Shown here: in pieces, positions 27,381 to 36,694 of the stretch | How positions within the stretch are numbered: the first letter of the stretch is position 1 | Layout: every line of letters starts with the position of its first letter | Assembly: GCA_024408655.1 (NCBI GenBank) | Contig: JAKSUV010000004.1 | Span: forward strand, 7,112 to 71,111 | Reading direction: 5' to 3' | DNA from: Bacilli bacterium | Lineage (GTDB): Bacteria > Bacillota_I > Bacilli_A > RFN20 > CAG-826 | DNA: 64,000 nucleotides | The notes under the pieces: model-generated | Seen by the model: the letters and a program-made list of their open reading frames with translations, nothing else | Databases searched by the model: none | Told to the model about the DNA's origin: nothing | Translations under genes and position numbers: made by a program

Positions 27381-29393
27381 ATGGAGCTCAGCAAAAGCCA
27401 AACGGTTAACCGCGCTTTAGCGCATTATGGGATTAGAACGTATCTCGATGTTTTAGAACACACTCCTAGGACTTACGAAGATATGAATCCAACGGAAAAC
27501 GAAGTGATGATATTAGATAAGTCACGGGTGGTTTTTTATGGTTATATCACGCGTTTCCCAACCTTATCACATTTCGCTCGTGTTTCGTTGGTTCGATTTG
27601 GTTTTCGGACCTTAGCGGGTAATGAATTTAATATTGAAGCGTATAATCGCCCTTATTTAGTGAAGATTCTTAATAGTGGGGTTAAATATGTTTTAGTGGG
27701 TATCTTTGACCAAAAGAAACATAAAGTTAACTTAGTAAATATTTCTAAATATAACGAAGTTAGTTATACCGAAGCTAAGCCCGTTTATTCCTTACCAAGT
27801 GAAGTTGATCAATTAACCTACCGCAGACTTGTTAACCGGGCGTTTTCTTATTATCAAGAAAATAACTACGAGATTAAAGATGTTGTTCCGGCTTATTTCA
27901 TGAAGAAGTATCGTTTACTTCCTCGGAAGGAAGCATTAGAACTACTTCATCATCCTAAAGACTTTAAAGATGTTCATGCGGGTTTACGAGTGCTTAAATA
28001 CGAAGAGTGTTTAAAGTTTACTTTAAAGACCGAACTTATCCGGGAAGAAAATAAAAAGTTAGAAAAGAATAAGAAACAACATATTAATACGAAACTCGTG
28101 GATGAGTTTATTAAGACGTTACCCTATAAACTAACTAAGTCACAAGATGAAGCCTTAATTGAAATTTTATTTGATATGAATAAGACAAGTCTTATGTATC
28201 GTTTATTACAAGGGGATGTTGGTAGTGGTAAGACGTTAGTGGCCGCCTTAGCTTTATATGGTAATTATCTAAGAAATGATCAAGGTGCCTTAATGGCCCC
28301 AACCGACGCTTTAGCTAGACAACATTACGTGACGCTATGTAACTTATTTAAAGATACCAAGATGAAGATTGCCTTATTAGTGGGGCAAACTCCATATAAA
28401 GAGAAGAAGGCGATTGAACTTGGTTTAATTAATCACGAGATTGATATTGTCGTTGGAACGCACGCCTTATTTTCCAAAAGTGTTGAATATTCTTCTTTAG
28501 GTTTAGCCATTATTGATGAACAACATCGTTTTGGGGTTAACCAAAGGTTACTTTTAGCCTCGAAAGGTTCTCACGCGGATTTACTCTTAATGAGTGCGAC
28601 CCCAATTCCCCGTACTCTTGCGTTAACCATCTATGGTGACTTAGATGTCTCCACGCTAAAAGAATTCCCGTTTGATAATAAACAAGTTAATACTCTTATT
28701 ACTGATAGTAACGATAAAAAGATTGATGAATTAATTAATGATTCACTCGCGCATCATCAACAAGTCTATATTATCGCGCCTTTAATCATGGATGATTTAA
28801 CCGCGGATAAGGTAACAGTCGAAACACTCTTCGCCCGTTATTTACTTAAATATCCCGGTAAAGTAGTTTTATTACACGGTAAGCTCACGCAAGAAGAGAA
28901 GCTCTACGCTTTAGAGAGTTTTAAAAAGAACCAATACCCAATTATTATTTCAACCACCGTGATTGAAGTAGGACTAGATGTTAAAACCGCTAATCTTATG
29001 ATTATCTATGATGCGAGCAGTTTTGGTTTAGCAAGTCTTCATCAATTACGCGGTCGGATTGGGCGTGATGGTAAGAAGGCAAATTGTGTCCTCATCTATG
29101 ATGGTAGTGAAGAAAGTGAACGCGATAAGCTTGAAGTTTTAGTCCATTCTAACGACGGCTTTTATATCGCGAACGAAGACTTAAAGCGGAGAGGTCCGGG
29201 TGAGTTAGGCGGATACCGGCAATCAGGATTACCATCCTTTAACTTTGTTAATCTGATTGATGACTTTAAGATGTTTACTTGCGCGCGTGATGATAGTAAG
29301 TTTATTTTACTCCATCGCTTAGAACCTGGTTTCCGTCGTTTACTTAAAGAAGCGAATGAAGAGATCAATAACGATAAGTTCACGAATGTTTAG
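27381..29393 (+). CDS. recG: ATP-dependent DNA helicase RecG
   Basis: Helicase motifs LLQGDVGSGKT, DEQHRFG and MSATPIPRT, plus the QLRGRIGR arginine finger and the C-terminal TRG-like motif. Confidence 0.9.
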   Translation: MELSKSQTVNRALAHYGIRTYLDVLEHTPRTYEDMNPTENEVMILDKSRVVFYGYITRFPTLSHFARVSLVRFGFRTLAGNEFNIEAYNRPYLVKILNSGVKYVLVGIFDQKKHKVNLVNISKYNEVSYTEAKPVYSLPSEVDQLTYRRLVNRAFSYYQENNYEIKDVVPAYFMKKYRLLPRKEALELLHHPKDFKDVHAGLRVLKYEECLKFTLKTELIREENKKLEKNKKQHINTKLVDEFIKTLPYKLTKSQDEALIEILFDMNKTSLMYRLLQGDVGSGKTLVAALALYGNYLRNDQGALMAPTDALARQHYVTLCNLFKDTKMKIALLVGQTPYKEKKAIELGLINHEIDIVVGTHALFSKSVEYSSLGLAIIDEQHRFGVNQRLLLASKGSHADLLLMSATPIPRTLALTIYGDLDVSTLKEFPFDNKQVNTLITDSNDKKIDELINDSLAHHQQVYIIAPLIMDDLTADKVTVETLFARYLLKYPGKVVLLHGKLTQEEKLYALESFKKNQYPIIISTTVIEVGLDVKTANLMIIYDASSFGLASLHQLRGRIGRDGKKANCVLIYDGSEESERDKLEVLVHSNDGFYIANEDLKRRGPGELGGYRQSGLPSFNFVNLIDDFKMFTCARDDSKFILLHRLEPGFRRLLKEANEEINNDKFTNV

Positions 29394-29438
29394 ATATATG
29401 GTTACACCACATTTAAACAGTTGTGCTAAAATGTAGTT

Positions 29439-32195
29439 ATGAAAAAGACGGTATTAGTTACACCAATCATGTTTGGATTATTTTTGGTGAATTTAACTAG
29501 TTGTGGTGCGAATAACGATCACTTTGTTACTTTCGAATGTAATGGTGGAACGCCCCACATTGAAACCCAAAGAGTCAAAGATGGGGCGAAGGCAACTAGA
29601 CCCGCTGATCCAACCGCTGACTTTGGTACTTTTATTGACTGGTATAGCGATGAAGAATGTACGCATGTTTATGATTTTAATACACCTGTTACAAACGATA
29701 TCACTTTATACGCGGACTATGATACAACGGTTAGTTTTACCTTCATTGGTCAACATTGTACGATTAATAATCAATCCGAATTTGTCGAAACACGTAACTA
29801 TAACGAATTTGTTACCTACGAAATTGCCGCCGAAAGCGTGGCCTATTCGATTGAAGATAGTATCGTTTTTCGTATTAATGGAGTTGAAAGTAAAGACTAC
29901 ACTTACGATTCACAGACTGGTCTTTTTTCCGCAAGTTGTAAAGGCGATGCTAGTTTAACGATTACGGCCAAAAAGATGCTCGCGACGGAAGTCTCGGTTC
30001 TAACTGAAGATACGATAACATCTGATTATGTTATTAAGTTTGATTACACGATTGAAAATGATGATGGCCCGTTCTTTGTCGATTGGGGTGACGGCAATAT
30101 TGATTCAAAATGCATTCACCCTTACCTTGTCGCGACGAAAAATCCCAAAATTACCATTTATGGTAATGTCAGTAAAGTGTCATTCGCTGATATCGATGGC
30201 CCATATACTGAGGCTAATAAATGTGTAAACAAAATCGTTTTTCCTGGATGCGTCAACGATTTTCCAGATTACGCCTTTAACGGCATCGAAAAACTTGAAA
30301 AAATTCATTTACCCGACAAAATGAAAAATATTGGTGTTGGGGCTTTTAGTGGTACCAATTTAAAAGAATGTGTCTTTCCGACCTTAGAAAGTAAAACAAT
30401 CGCCGCCAATACTTTTCTTAATTGTTCTAATCTAGAAACAGTCTTTATTCCTAACGGAATTACAACCATTGACACTGCCGCTTTTAGCGGTTGCACAAAC
30501 CTTGGTGAATTAATTTTACGGAAAGATGTTGTATCAGTGAAGAAAGACGCTTTTAAAGAGTGCACTCTATTGCGGTTATTTTGTTTAAATGAAAAAGGAG
30601 TTATCATCTTTGAAGATTTTGATGAGAGCAGCATTGCCGAGATTGAATATGGCTGTGCGGGCAAAAACATTGACACGACTGGACAATATTCTTGCTTAGT
30701 CAAAAAAAATTCTTCACAAGCAAAAGAAATCACCATCTTAGAGTGTTTAAAATTAAATGATGATTCTGGCAAAGTAGTCATTCCTCGTGAATTAACTGTA
30801 AATGCCATTAATGGTTCTGAAACATTGCCAGTTACCTCGATTGGTTATCAAGCTTTTTCTAGCGAAACTGTCCGTGATTTGGTTAAGGAAGTTGACTTCA
30901 CAATGAATCCCGGTGTTGTTCTTGATGTCGAAGCTTTCCGCGGGTGCCATAATTTAGCGACTCTAACTTTCGAAACTAGTTATGCGGCAAGAGGGAATAA
31001 TTATCATTTGAAATTTGATGATCGCGCTTTTATGAATTGTTATGCTTTAGCGGGTGATACACCAGTGATTTTGTACTATGACACAATTGCGTCGATGGGT
31101 AGTGATGTGTTTAAGATGGACAATGGAAAAGGCTGCCAAGTGTGGTGTGAAGAGGAAATTAAACCTGATACTTGGGAAGAGGATTGGAACGTTTCGGGCA
31201 TTACCAATTACGGGCTTTGTTATATTGGTAATGACACGACTGATACATACAAGGTCAAATTGTATCACGATAATCAGAAAACAAAGGAGAGTAATGAAGA
31301 TAAATTTTATATCAGCATCGTTAGCAAAATCAATCCAAAAGTGACTACCTGGACGGTTGAAGAAACATTAAAAATCAGTGGCTATGAGCGCGCTTCTGAT
31401 CCTATTGAAGTAAGAGTTATTGATGAATCGTGTATGGCGGCTAACACGAATATTCAAACGGTTGAAGCGCCCACTGTTACGGTAATTAAACGAGCTGCCT
31501 TCAATGCATGCTCCAATTTAAAAGTTTTTAAGTTTTCCCCTAAGATTAAAGAAATAGAACATAGCGCGTTTTTTTATACCACGATGCCAGAACTTAATAT
31601 CGATAAGGAAAATGCAGAAATGACCGTCCTTCACGATATTGGCGGTTCGTTTAGGAAAATAACTCTTCCAAATAGTTTAAAATCAATTGACAATGGGGCG
31701 TTTTGTCAAAAACCCTCGCTAGAGACAATTGATTATGATGCCGATAAATGCCAATTAGAAAGCGTGGGCGCAAGTGCCTTTTACATGGCCGAGTCGTTAA
31801 AAATTGATGAATTAAATCTTAAATGTGCCGAATTTTTGGGCGACGGCGCTTTCAATATGGCAAACAGTGTAACTACTGTATCTTTGCCTAATGCCGTGAC
31901 TTGCGAAAATGCAGTATTTTATGCTTGCAATCTTATATCGATAACCTTCGGTCAACGTTTACAGGAACTTGGAACCAATATATTTGGTCAAGATTTTGAT
32001 CTTGAAACAATTGATTTGAGCCAAGTGCAAAATGTCCCAAATGTTGTAGGCGATAACATTGGTATTCGTCCAGATGCGACATGCAAAATTTATGTTCCAG
32101 AGGCATTATTCGAAGATTTTAAAAAACATAAGTCGTGGAGTAAGTACGCGAATAAATTTGTGGTGGGGCCGCCACCAGCTCCTAGCGCTATATAA
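29439..32195 (+). CDS. Surface lipoprotein with a Listeria-Bacteroides repeat and BspA-type leucine-rich repeats
   Basis: Lipobox LTSCGAN. VTFECNGGT...FIDWYSDEECTHVYDFNTPVTNDITLYADY is the Flg_new/InlB-B-like repeat. Many I-x-x-x-AF-x-x-C-x-x-L units (for example IDTAAFSGCTNL, IKRAAFNACSNL). Confidence 0.8.
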   Translation: MKKTVLVTPIMFGLFLVNLTSCGANNDHFVTFECNGGTPHIETQRVKDGAKATRPADPTADFGTFIDWYSDEECTHVYDFNTPVTNDITLYADYDTTVSFTFIGQHCTINNQSEFVETRNYNEFVTYEIAAESVAYSIEDSIVFRINGVESKDYTYDSQTGLFSASCKGDASLTITAKKMLATEVSVLTEDTITSDYVIKFDYTIENDDGPFFVDWGDGNIDSKCIHPYLVATKNPKITIYGNVSKVSFADIDGPYTEANKCVNKIVFPGCVNDFPDYAFNGIEKLEKIHLPDKMKNIGVGAFSGTNLKECVFPTLESKTIAANTFLNCSNLETVFIPNGITTIDTAAFSGCTNLGELILRKDVVSVKKDAFKECTLLRLFCLNEKGVIIFEDFDESSIAEIEYGCAGKNIDTTGQYSCLVKKNSSQAKEITILECLKLNDDSGKVVIPRELTVNAINGSETLPVTSIGYQAFSSETVRDLVKEVDFTMNPGVVLDVEAFRGCHNLATLTFETSYAARGNNYHLKFDDRAFMNCYALAGDTPVILYYDTIASMGSDVFKMDNGKGCQVWCEEEIKPDTWEEDWNVSGITNYGLCYIGNDTTDTYKVKLYHDNQKTKESNEDKFYISIVSKINPKVTTWTVEETLKISGYERASDPIEVRVIDESCMAANTNIQTVEAPTVTVIKRAAFNACSNLKVFKFSPKIKEIEHSAFFYTTMPELNIDKENAEMTVLHDIGGSFRKITLPNSLKSIDNGAFCQKPSLETIDYDADKCQLESVGASAFYMAESLKIDELNLKCAEFLGDGAFNMANSVTTVSLPNAVTCENAVFYACNLISITFGQRLQELGTNIFGQDFDLETIDLSQVQNVPNVVGDNIGIRPDATCKIYVPEALFEDFKKHKSWSKYANKFVVGPPPAPSAI

Positions 32196-32259
32196 CTAAC
32201 AGTTAGATAAGTCAAAAGTCACCTTTCCTTCTTTTTAGTTATTGTATAATAATGGTTGT

Positions 32260-33237
32260 ATGAAAATTGTCGTTGATTTATTGGGTGGCGACTTAGGTGT
32301 TGCTGCTACTTACGAAGGGCTAAACGCTTTTTTAAAAGCGCATTCCGATGTTAATGTGATTGCGGTTGGTCCTAAAAACATCTTAGCCCCGTTAGAAAAT
32401 AAGAACGTTAAGATTATTGACGCCAATCAAGTGATGCCGATGGACGCGCACGCTTTAGACATCTTACATGATCAAGACTCGAGTATGGCGAAAGCCGTCA
32501 ATATGTTAGTAAGTGATGAAGCGGACGCGATTGTTTCTTGTGGTAGTACGGGTGCTTTACTAACCTTAGCGAGTATCCGCGTGAAGAAGTTAAACGGGAT
32601 TCTTCGTCCTGCTTTAATTTCACCGATTCCAACTTTAAAACCCGAAAAGAAAACTTTATTGCTAGATTTAGGCGCCAGTAACGAAAATAGCGTTGATGAA
32701 TTAATCTCCTTTATTAAGATGGCGGTCATATATTATGAAGCGGTGTATCATAAGACACCGAACTTCGCTTTACTTAGTAATGGGGTAGAAGAAGGGAAAG
32801 GTAGTCCACTAGTTCAAGCAACAAGAGAAAAGATTGTTGAATTAATGCTGCCTCATTTTGCGGGTTATATTGAAAGTAGCGAAATCCTTCAAGGCAATGT
32901 TGATATTATTGTAACCGATGGCTTTACGGGTAATATTGCTTTAAAAGCGCTCGAAGGAACGGGTAATGTTGTTAAAACATTATTAAGAGAAACCTTTACT
33001 AAATCACTCTCTCATAAACTCGCTTACTTACTGGTTAAGCGTGATTTAAAGAAGAAACTTAATATGCTTTCATCTAAACCTTTAGGGGGCGCGATGTTTA
33101 TTGGCATGAAGAAAGTGGTAGTGAAAGCGCATGGTAATAGTGATGCCATCGCCTTTAAGAATGCGTTAGAAACCGCTTATATGTGCGTTAAGAACGATTT
33201 AGTGAAGAAAATCAAGGAAGGAGTAGGGGATGAGTGA
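32260..33237 (+). CDS. plsX: Phosphate acyltransferase PlsX
   Basis: MKIVVDLLGGD... and TDGFTGNIALK. I chose ATG 32260 because the TTG at 32242 lies inside the TGTATAAT box (32243-32250). Confidence 0.9.
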   Translation: MKIVVDLLGGDLGVAATYEGLNAFLKAHSDVNVIAVGPKNILAPLENKNVKIIDANQVMPMDAHALDILHDQDSSMAKAVNMLVSDEADAIVSCGSTGALLTLASIRVKKLNGILRPALISPIPTLKPEKKTLLLDLGASNENSVDELISFIKMAVIYYEAVYHKTPNFALLSNGVEEGKGSPLVQATREKIVELMLPHFAGYIESSEILQGNVDIIVTDGFTGNIALKALEGTGNVVKTLLRETFTKSLSHKLAYLLVKRDLKKKLNMLSSKPLGGAMFIGMKKVVVKAHGNSDAIAFKNALETAYMCVKNDLVKKIKEGVGDE

Positions 33238-33919
33238 TAAACGTCTTAAACCGCTTCTTTCGCGTTTTAAAGTTAAAGCCCATCACTATGAACTTTATCT
33301 CGCCGCTTTTACGCATCCTAGTGTTAATCTTGGTGAACATAAGGTTGAGGATTATCAACGGTTAGAATATGTTGGCGATTCAGTACTGGGTGCTTCGATT
33401 GCGACTTTATCATATAAACTCCGTCATGATTTACACGAAGGCGAATTAACGCGCTTAAGAAGTTCACTGGTGGACACCAATGGTCTTTCGCGTTTAGCCT
33501 ATCAATATGAATTCGCTAAATATATTAAAGTGGGTCCATCATTTAAAACTGATTTAAATAAATCACCCAAGATTCTTGAAGATGTCTTTGAAGCCTTTAT
33601 CGGGGCGATTTATTTAGACCGGGGTTTTGATTACACCTTTAAGGTGGTGGAAAGAATCTTTAAAGATAAGATTATTCACTTTAACTATGAAGCAAGTGTT
33701 GACTATAAAACCAAAATCCAAGAATTATGTCAGGCTGATCACCACACTGATTTATCATATCGCGTAATGAGTAAACATGGACCAGCGAATAACCCAAGCT
33801 TTAAAGTTGGCTTATATTACGATGGCGTCTGTTTAGGTTATGGTTTTGGTGGTAGCAAAAAGAAAGCGGAGCAAGCCGCCGCCAAAGCCGCTTTAAATAA
33901 ATTAGCGAAAGGAAAGTAA
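33230..33919 (+). CDS. rnc: Ribonuclease III
   Basis: QRLEYVGDSVLG signature and a C-terminal dsRBD (GPANNPSFKV...GSKKKAEQAAA). Confidence 0.92.
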   Translation: MSDKRLKPLLSRFKVKAHHYELYLAAFTHPSVNLGEHKVEDYQRLEYVGDSVLGASIATLSYKLRHDLHEGELTRLRSSLVDTNGLSRLAYQYEFAKYIKVGPSFKTDLNKSPKILEDVFEAFIGAIYLDRGFDYTFKVVERIFKDKIIHFNYEASVDYKTKIQELCQADHHTDLSYRVMSKHGPANNPSFKVGLYYDGVCLGYGFGGSKKKAEQAAAKAALNKLAKGK

Positions 33920-33920
33920 T

Positions 33921-34898
33921 ATGGGTTTATTTTCTTTTATTAAAAAGAAATTTTCTCACGAAGCAAAATCTAGTGATAGTCTTTTAACCTACGATAAAGG
34001 TTTAGATAAAGCCAAGAAATCCTTTACCGATAAAATCCAAAAGATTGGTGAAGGAAACGCGCCGATTCCTAGTAACTATTTTGATGAACTCGAAGAGATT
34101 CTTATTGAAGCCGATGTTGGCGCGAGTTTAACCATGAAGATTATTAATGAACTCGCCGAACAAATTAAAAAAGAAAAGATTATGACGCTTGAGGCGGCCA
34201 ATGAAGCACTCATTGATACAATGTTTCGTGACTATGCACCAAGTACAAGCGATAACGAAATTACCTTTAATCATCATCCTGAAGTTTTATTAGTGGTGGG
34301 AGTAAATGGGGTTGGTAAAACGACGACTATCGCTAAACTCGCTAATCGTTACCTTAAGCAAGGTAAAAGTGTGGTCTTAGGCGCAGCGGATACTTTTCGC
34401 GCGGGTGCTGTCGAGCAATTAAAAGAATGGGGTAATCGCTTAAAGATTGATGTTGTGACCGGAGCAATGAACGCTGATCCAGCGAGTGTTGCTTATAACG
34501 CCACTAAGTTAGCGAAAGAAAAGAACGCTGATTTATTAATCATTGATACGGCCGGGCGTTTACAAACAAAGATGAACTTAATGAACGAACTTAGTAAGAT
34601 TGCCCGTGTCATTGCTAAAGATATTCCGGATGCTCCGCATGAGACCTTCTTAATTTTAGATGCGACGACTGGACAAAACGGGGTGATTCAAGCGAAAGCT
34701 TTTAATGAAGCGACGAAAATTTCTGGGGCGGTTATTACCAAAATGGATGGAACATCCAAGGGTGGTATTTTACTTGCAATTAAGCATGAACTAAATATTC
34801 CTGTTCGTTTTATTGGACTAGGTGAAGGGATTGATGATTTAATGCCGTTTGATCTTGAAAATTATCTCCATGGTTTATGTGTTGGTAAAGAAAAATGA
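33921..34898 (+). CDS. ftsY: Signal recognition particle receptor FtsY
   Basis: VGVNGVGKTTT, DTAGRL and TKMDGTSKGG. Ends in TGA. Confidence 0.92.
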   Translation: MGLFSFIKKKFSHEAKSSDSLLTYDKGLDKAKKSFTDKIQKIGEGNAPIPSNYFDELEEILIEADVGASLTMKIINELAEQIKKEKIMTLEAANEALIDTMFRDYAPSTSDNEITFNHHPEVLLVVGVNGVGKTTTIAKLANRYLKQGKSVVLGAADTFRAGAVEQLKEWGNRLKIDVVTGAMNADPASVAYNATKLAKEKNADLLIIDTAGRLQTKMNLMNELSKIARVIAKDIPDAPHETFLILDATTGQNGVIQAKAFNEATKISGAVITKMDGTSKGGILLAIKHELNIPVRFIGLGEGIDDLMPFDLENYLHGLCVGKEK

Positions 34899-35188
34899 AC
34901 GCTAGTGAAAAACAACAACACGCAATCCTTTTACTTGAAACCTATGGTTCGCTTTTAACTAATAAACAATTAGCGATTATGAACGATAAATATAAATATG
35001 ATTTATCGCTACAAGAAATCGCCGTAAGACATAAGATTACCCGTTCTGGCGCGCTTGATGCGATTAAACTTGCCACGAAGAATCTTGAACATTACGAAAC
35101 GAAATTACATTTAATTAAGAAAAAAGCCACGGTGCTAAAGTTAATTAAAGACACAAAAGTAAAAAGTAAAATCAAAGAGATTTTATAA
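34895..35188 (+). CDS. ylxM: YlxM/p13-like putative DNA-binding protein (UPF0122)
   Basis: YGSLLTNKQLAIMNDKYKYDLSLQEIA is a sigma-70 region-4-like HTH. The position directly before ffh is conserved. Confidence 0.75.
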   Translation: MNASEKQQHAILLLETYGSLLTNKQLAIMNDKYKYDLSLQEIAVRHKITRSGALDAIKLATKNLEHYETKLHLIKKKATVLKLIKDTKVKSKIKEIL

Positions 35189-35202
35189 GGTATAATCTTG
35201 CT

Positions 35203-36552
35203 ATGGCCTTTGAAGCGTTAACCGATCGATTTTCAAGTATCATCAAAAAGTTAAAAGGGGAGACCTATTTAACTGAGAAAAACATGGAGGAAATGCTAAA
35301 AAGCATTCGCCTCGCCCTTTTAGAAGCGGACGTCAACTATAAAGTTGTTAAAGAATTTATTAATAACGTTAAAGAGAAAGCGGTTGGCCAAGAAGTCTAT
35401 AAGAAAGTTAATCCATCGCAGATGATTACCAAAATCGTCCACGATGAACTAGAGACTTTATTAGGTAGCGATCAAAGTGAGATTAAATATCCTTCGACGC
35501 GTCCACTTGTAGTAATGCTTTGTGGTTTACAAGGGACTGGTAAAACCACGACTGCGGGTAAACTCGCTAAGTATTTCCAAGAAAAACTTCACAAGAAAAC
35601 TTTATTAGCGGCGTGTGACGTCTATCGTCCCGCAGCGATTGATCAATTAAAACAGATTGCGAGTCAAGTGCACGCTGATTTCTTTTCACTCGGAAAAGAA
35701 GATCCAGTGAAGATTGCATCTAAAGCTAAAGAAAAGACCTTTAACGAACATTATGATGCTTTAATTCTTGATACCGCGGGTCGTTTACAAATTGATGCGC
35801 CCTTAATGGAAGAGCTTAGTAAGATTAAAGCGGATGTAAAACCTGATGAGATTCTATTACTTGTTGACGCCGCGAGTGGACAAGACGCGATTAACGTTGC
35901 GTTAGCGTTTAATGAACAACTTGGTTTAACGGGTTGCATTATGTCAAAACTTGATGGTGACGCCCGGGGTGGTGCTTCTTTAAGTATTCGTCATTTGACG
36001 AATGTCCCGATTAAATTTGTCGGTGTCGGTGAAAAATTATCCGATTTAGATGCCTTCCATCCGGACCGCATGGCGGACCGAATCCTTGGTATGGGGGATG
36101 TCGTCACTTTAGTGGAGAAAGTCCAAGATGAACTTGACGAGAAGGCAATGGAAAAAGAGGCGCGGAAGATGATGTCCGGTTCCTTTACCCTTGATGATAT
36201 GCTCCACCAAATGAAACAATTTAAACGGCTTGGTTCTTTAACTAGTTTATTAAAGTTTATTCCCGGAATGCCAAGTATTACCGATGAACAAAAAGCGAAA
36301 GCGGAAACCGAAATGAAAAACTTTGAAGTGATTATCAATTCCATGACCAAAGAAGAACGTCTCCATCCGGAAATTCTCAAGAATTCCCGGAAAGTAAGAA
36401 TCGCGAAAGGATCGGGCAAAACGAATATGGATATTAACCGGGTCTTAAAGAAGTACGAACAAATGAAAGAAATCACCAAACGCATGAACGCGTATAAAAA
36501 AAGTGGTGGAAGAGGTCTACCACCCGGAATGAATTTTCCCGGAATGATGTAA
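35203..36552 (+). CDS. ffh: Signal recognition particle protein Ffh
   Basis: GLQGTGKTTTAGKLA, DTAGRL and SKLDGDARGG, with a Met-rich M domain. Confidence 0.96.
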   Translation: MAFEALTDRFSSIIKKLKGETYLTEKNMEEMLKSIRLALLEADVNYKVVKEFINNVKEKAVGQEVYKKVNPSQMITKIVHDELETLLGSDQSEIKYPSTRPLVVMLCGLQGTGKTTTAGKLAKYFQEKLHKKTLLAACDVYRPAAIDQLKQIASQVHADFFSLGKEDPVKIASKAKEKTFNEHYDALILDTAGRLQIDAPLMEELSKIKADVKPDEILLLVDAASGQDAINVALAFNEQLGLTGCIMSKLDGDARGGASLSIRHLTNVPIKFVGVGEKLSDLDAFHPDRMADRILGMGDVVTLVEKVQDELDEKAMEKEARKMMSGSFTLDDMLHQMKQFKRLGSLTSLLKFIPGMPSITDEQKAKAETEMKNFEVIINSMTKEERLHPEILKNSRKVRIAKGSGKTNMDINRVLKKYEQMKEITKRMNAYKKSGGRGLPPGMNFPGMM

Positions 36553-36578
36553 AAAGTGGGGTATAATAATATTTCGCT

Positions 36579-36652
36579 AGGGGTATCGTACAAAGGTAGT
36601 ACAACGGTCTCCAAAACCGTTTATGTGGGTTCAATTCCTACTACCCCTGCCA
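36579..36652 (+). tRNA. tRNA-Trp (anticodon CCA)
   Basis: 74-nt cloverleaf folded by hand. Acceptor AGGGGTA/TACCCCT, anticodon loop CTCCAAA, T-loop TTCAATT, discriminator G and encoded CCA. Confidence 0.9.
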
Positions 36653-36662
36653 TATAATCAAT

Positions 36663-36684
36663 AAGTCCGTTAACGGACTTTTTT
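36663..36684. terminator. Bidirectional intrinsic terminator (tRNA-Trp / 815-aa fusion gene)
   Basis: Perfect 18-nt palindrome aagtccgttaacggactt, with tttt on the + strand. The convergent gene ends at 36695. Confidence 0.6.
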
Positions 36685-36694
36685 AATGCAAAAA

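Noticed and set aside
35991-36614. 207-aa minus-strand ORF antisense to ffh. Similar antisense or alternate-frame ORFs include 6422-6799, 7282-7608, 13184-13631, 14179-14788, 24506-24745, 29503-29958, 30305-30808, 36705-36938 and 46782-47205.
   Set aside because: Each lies entirely inside a confidently identified conserved gene on the other strand or frame. Their translations are low-complexity or Ser/Pro/Ile-rich with no motifs. This is typical shadow-ORF behaviour.
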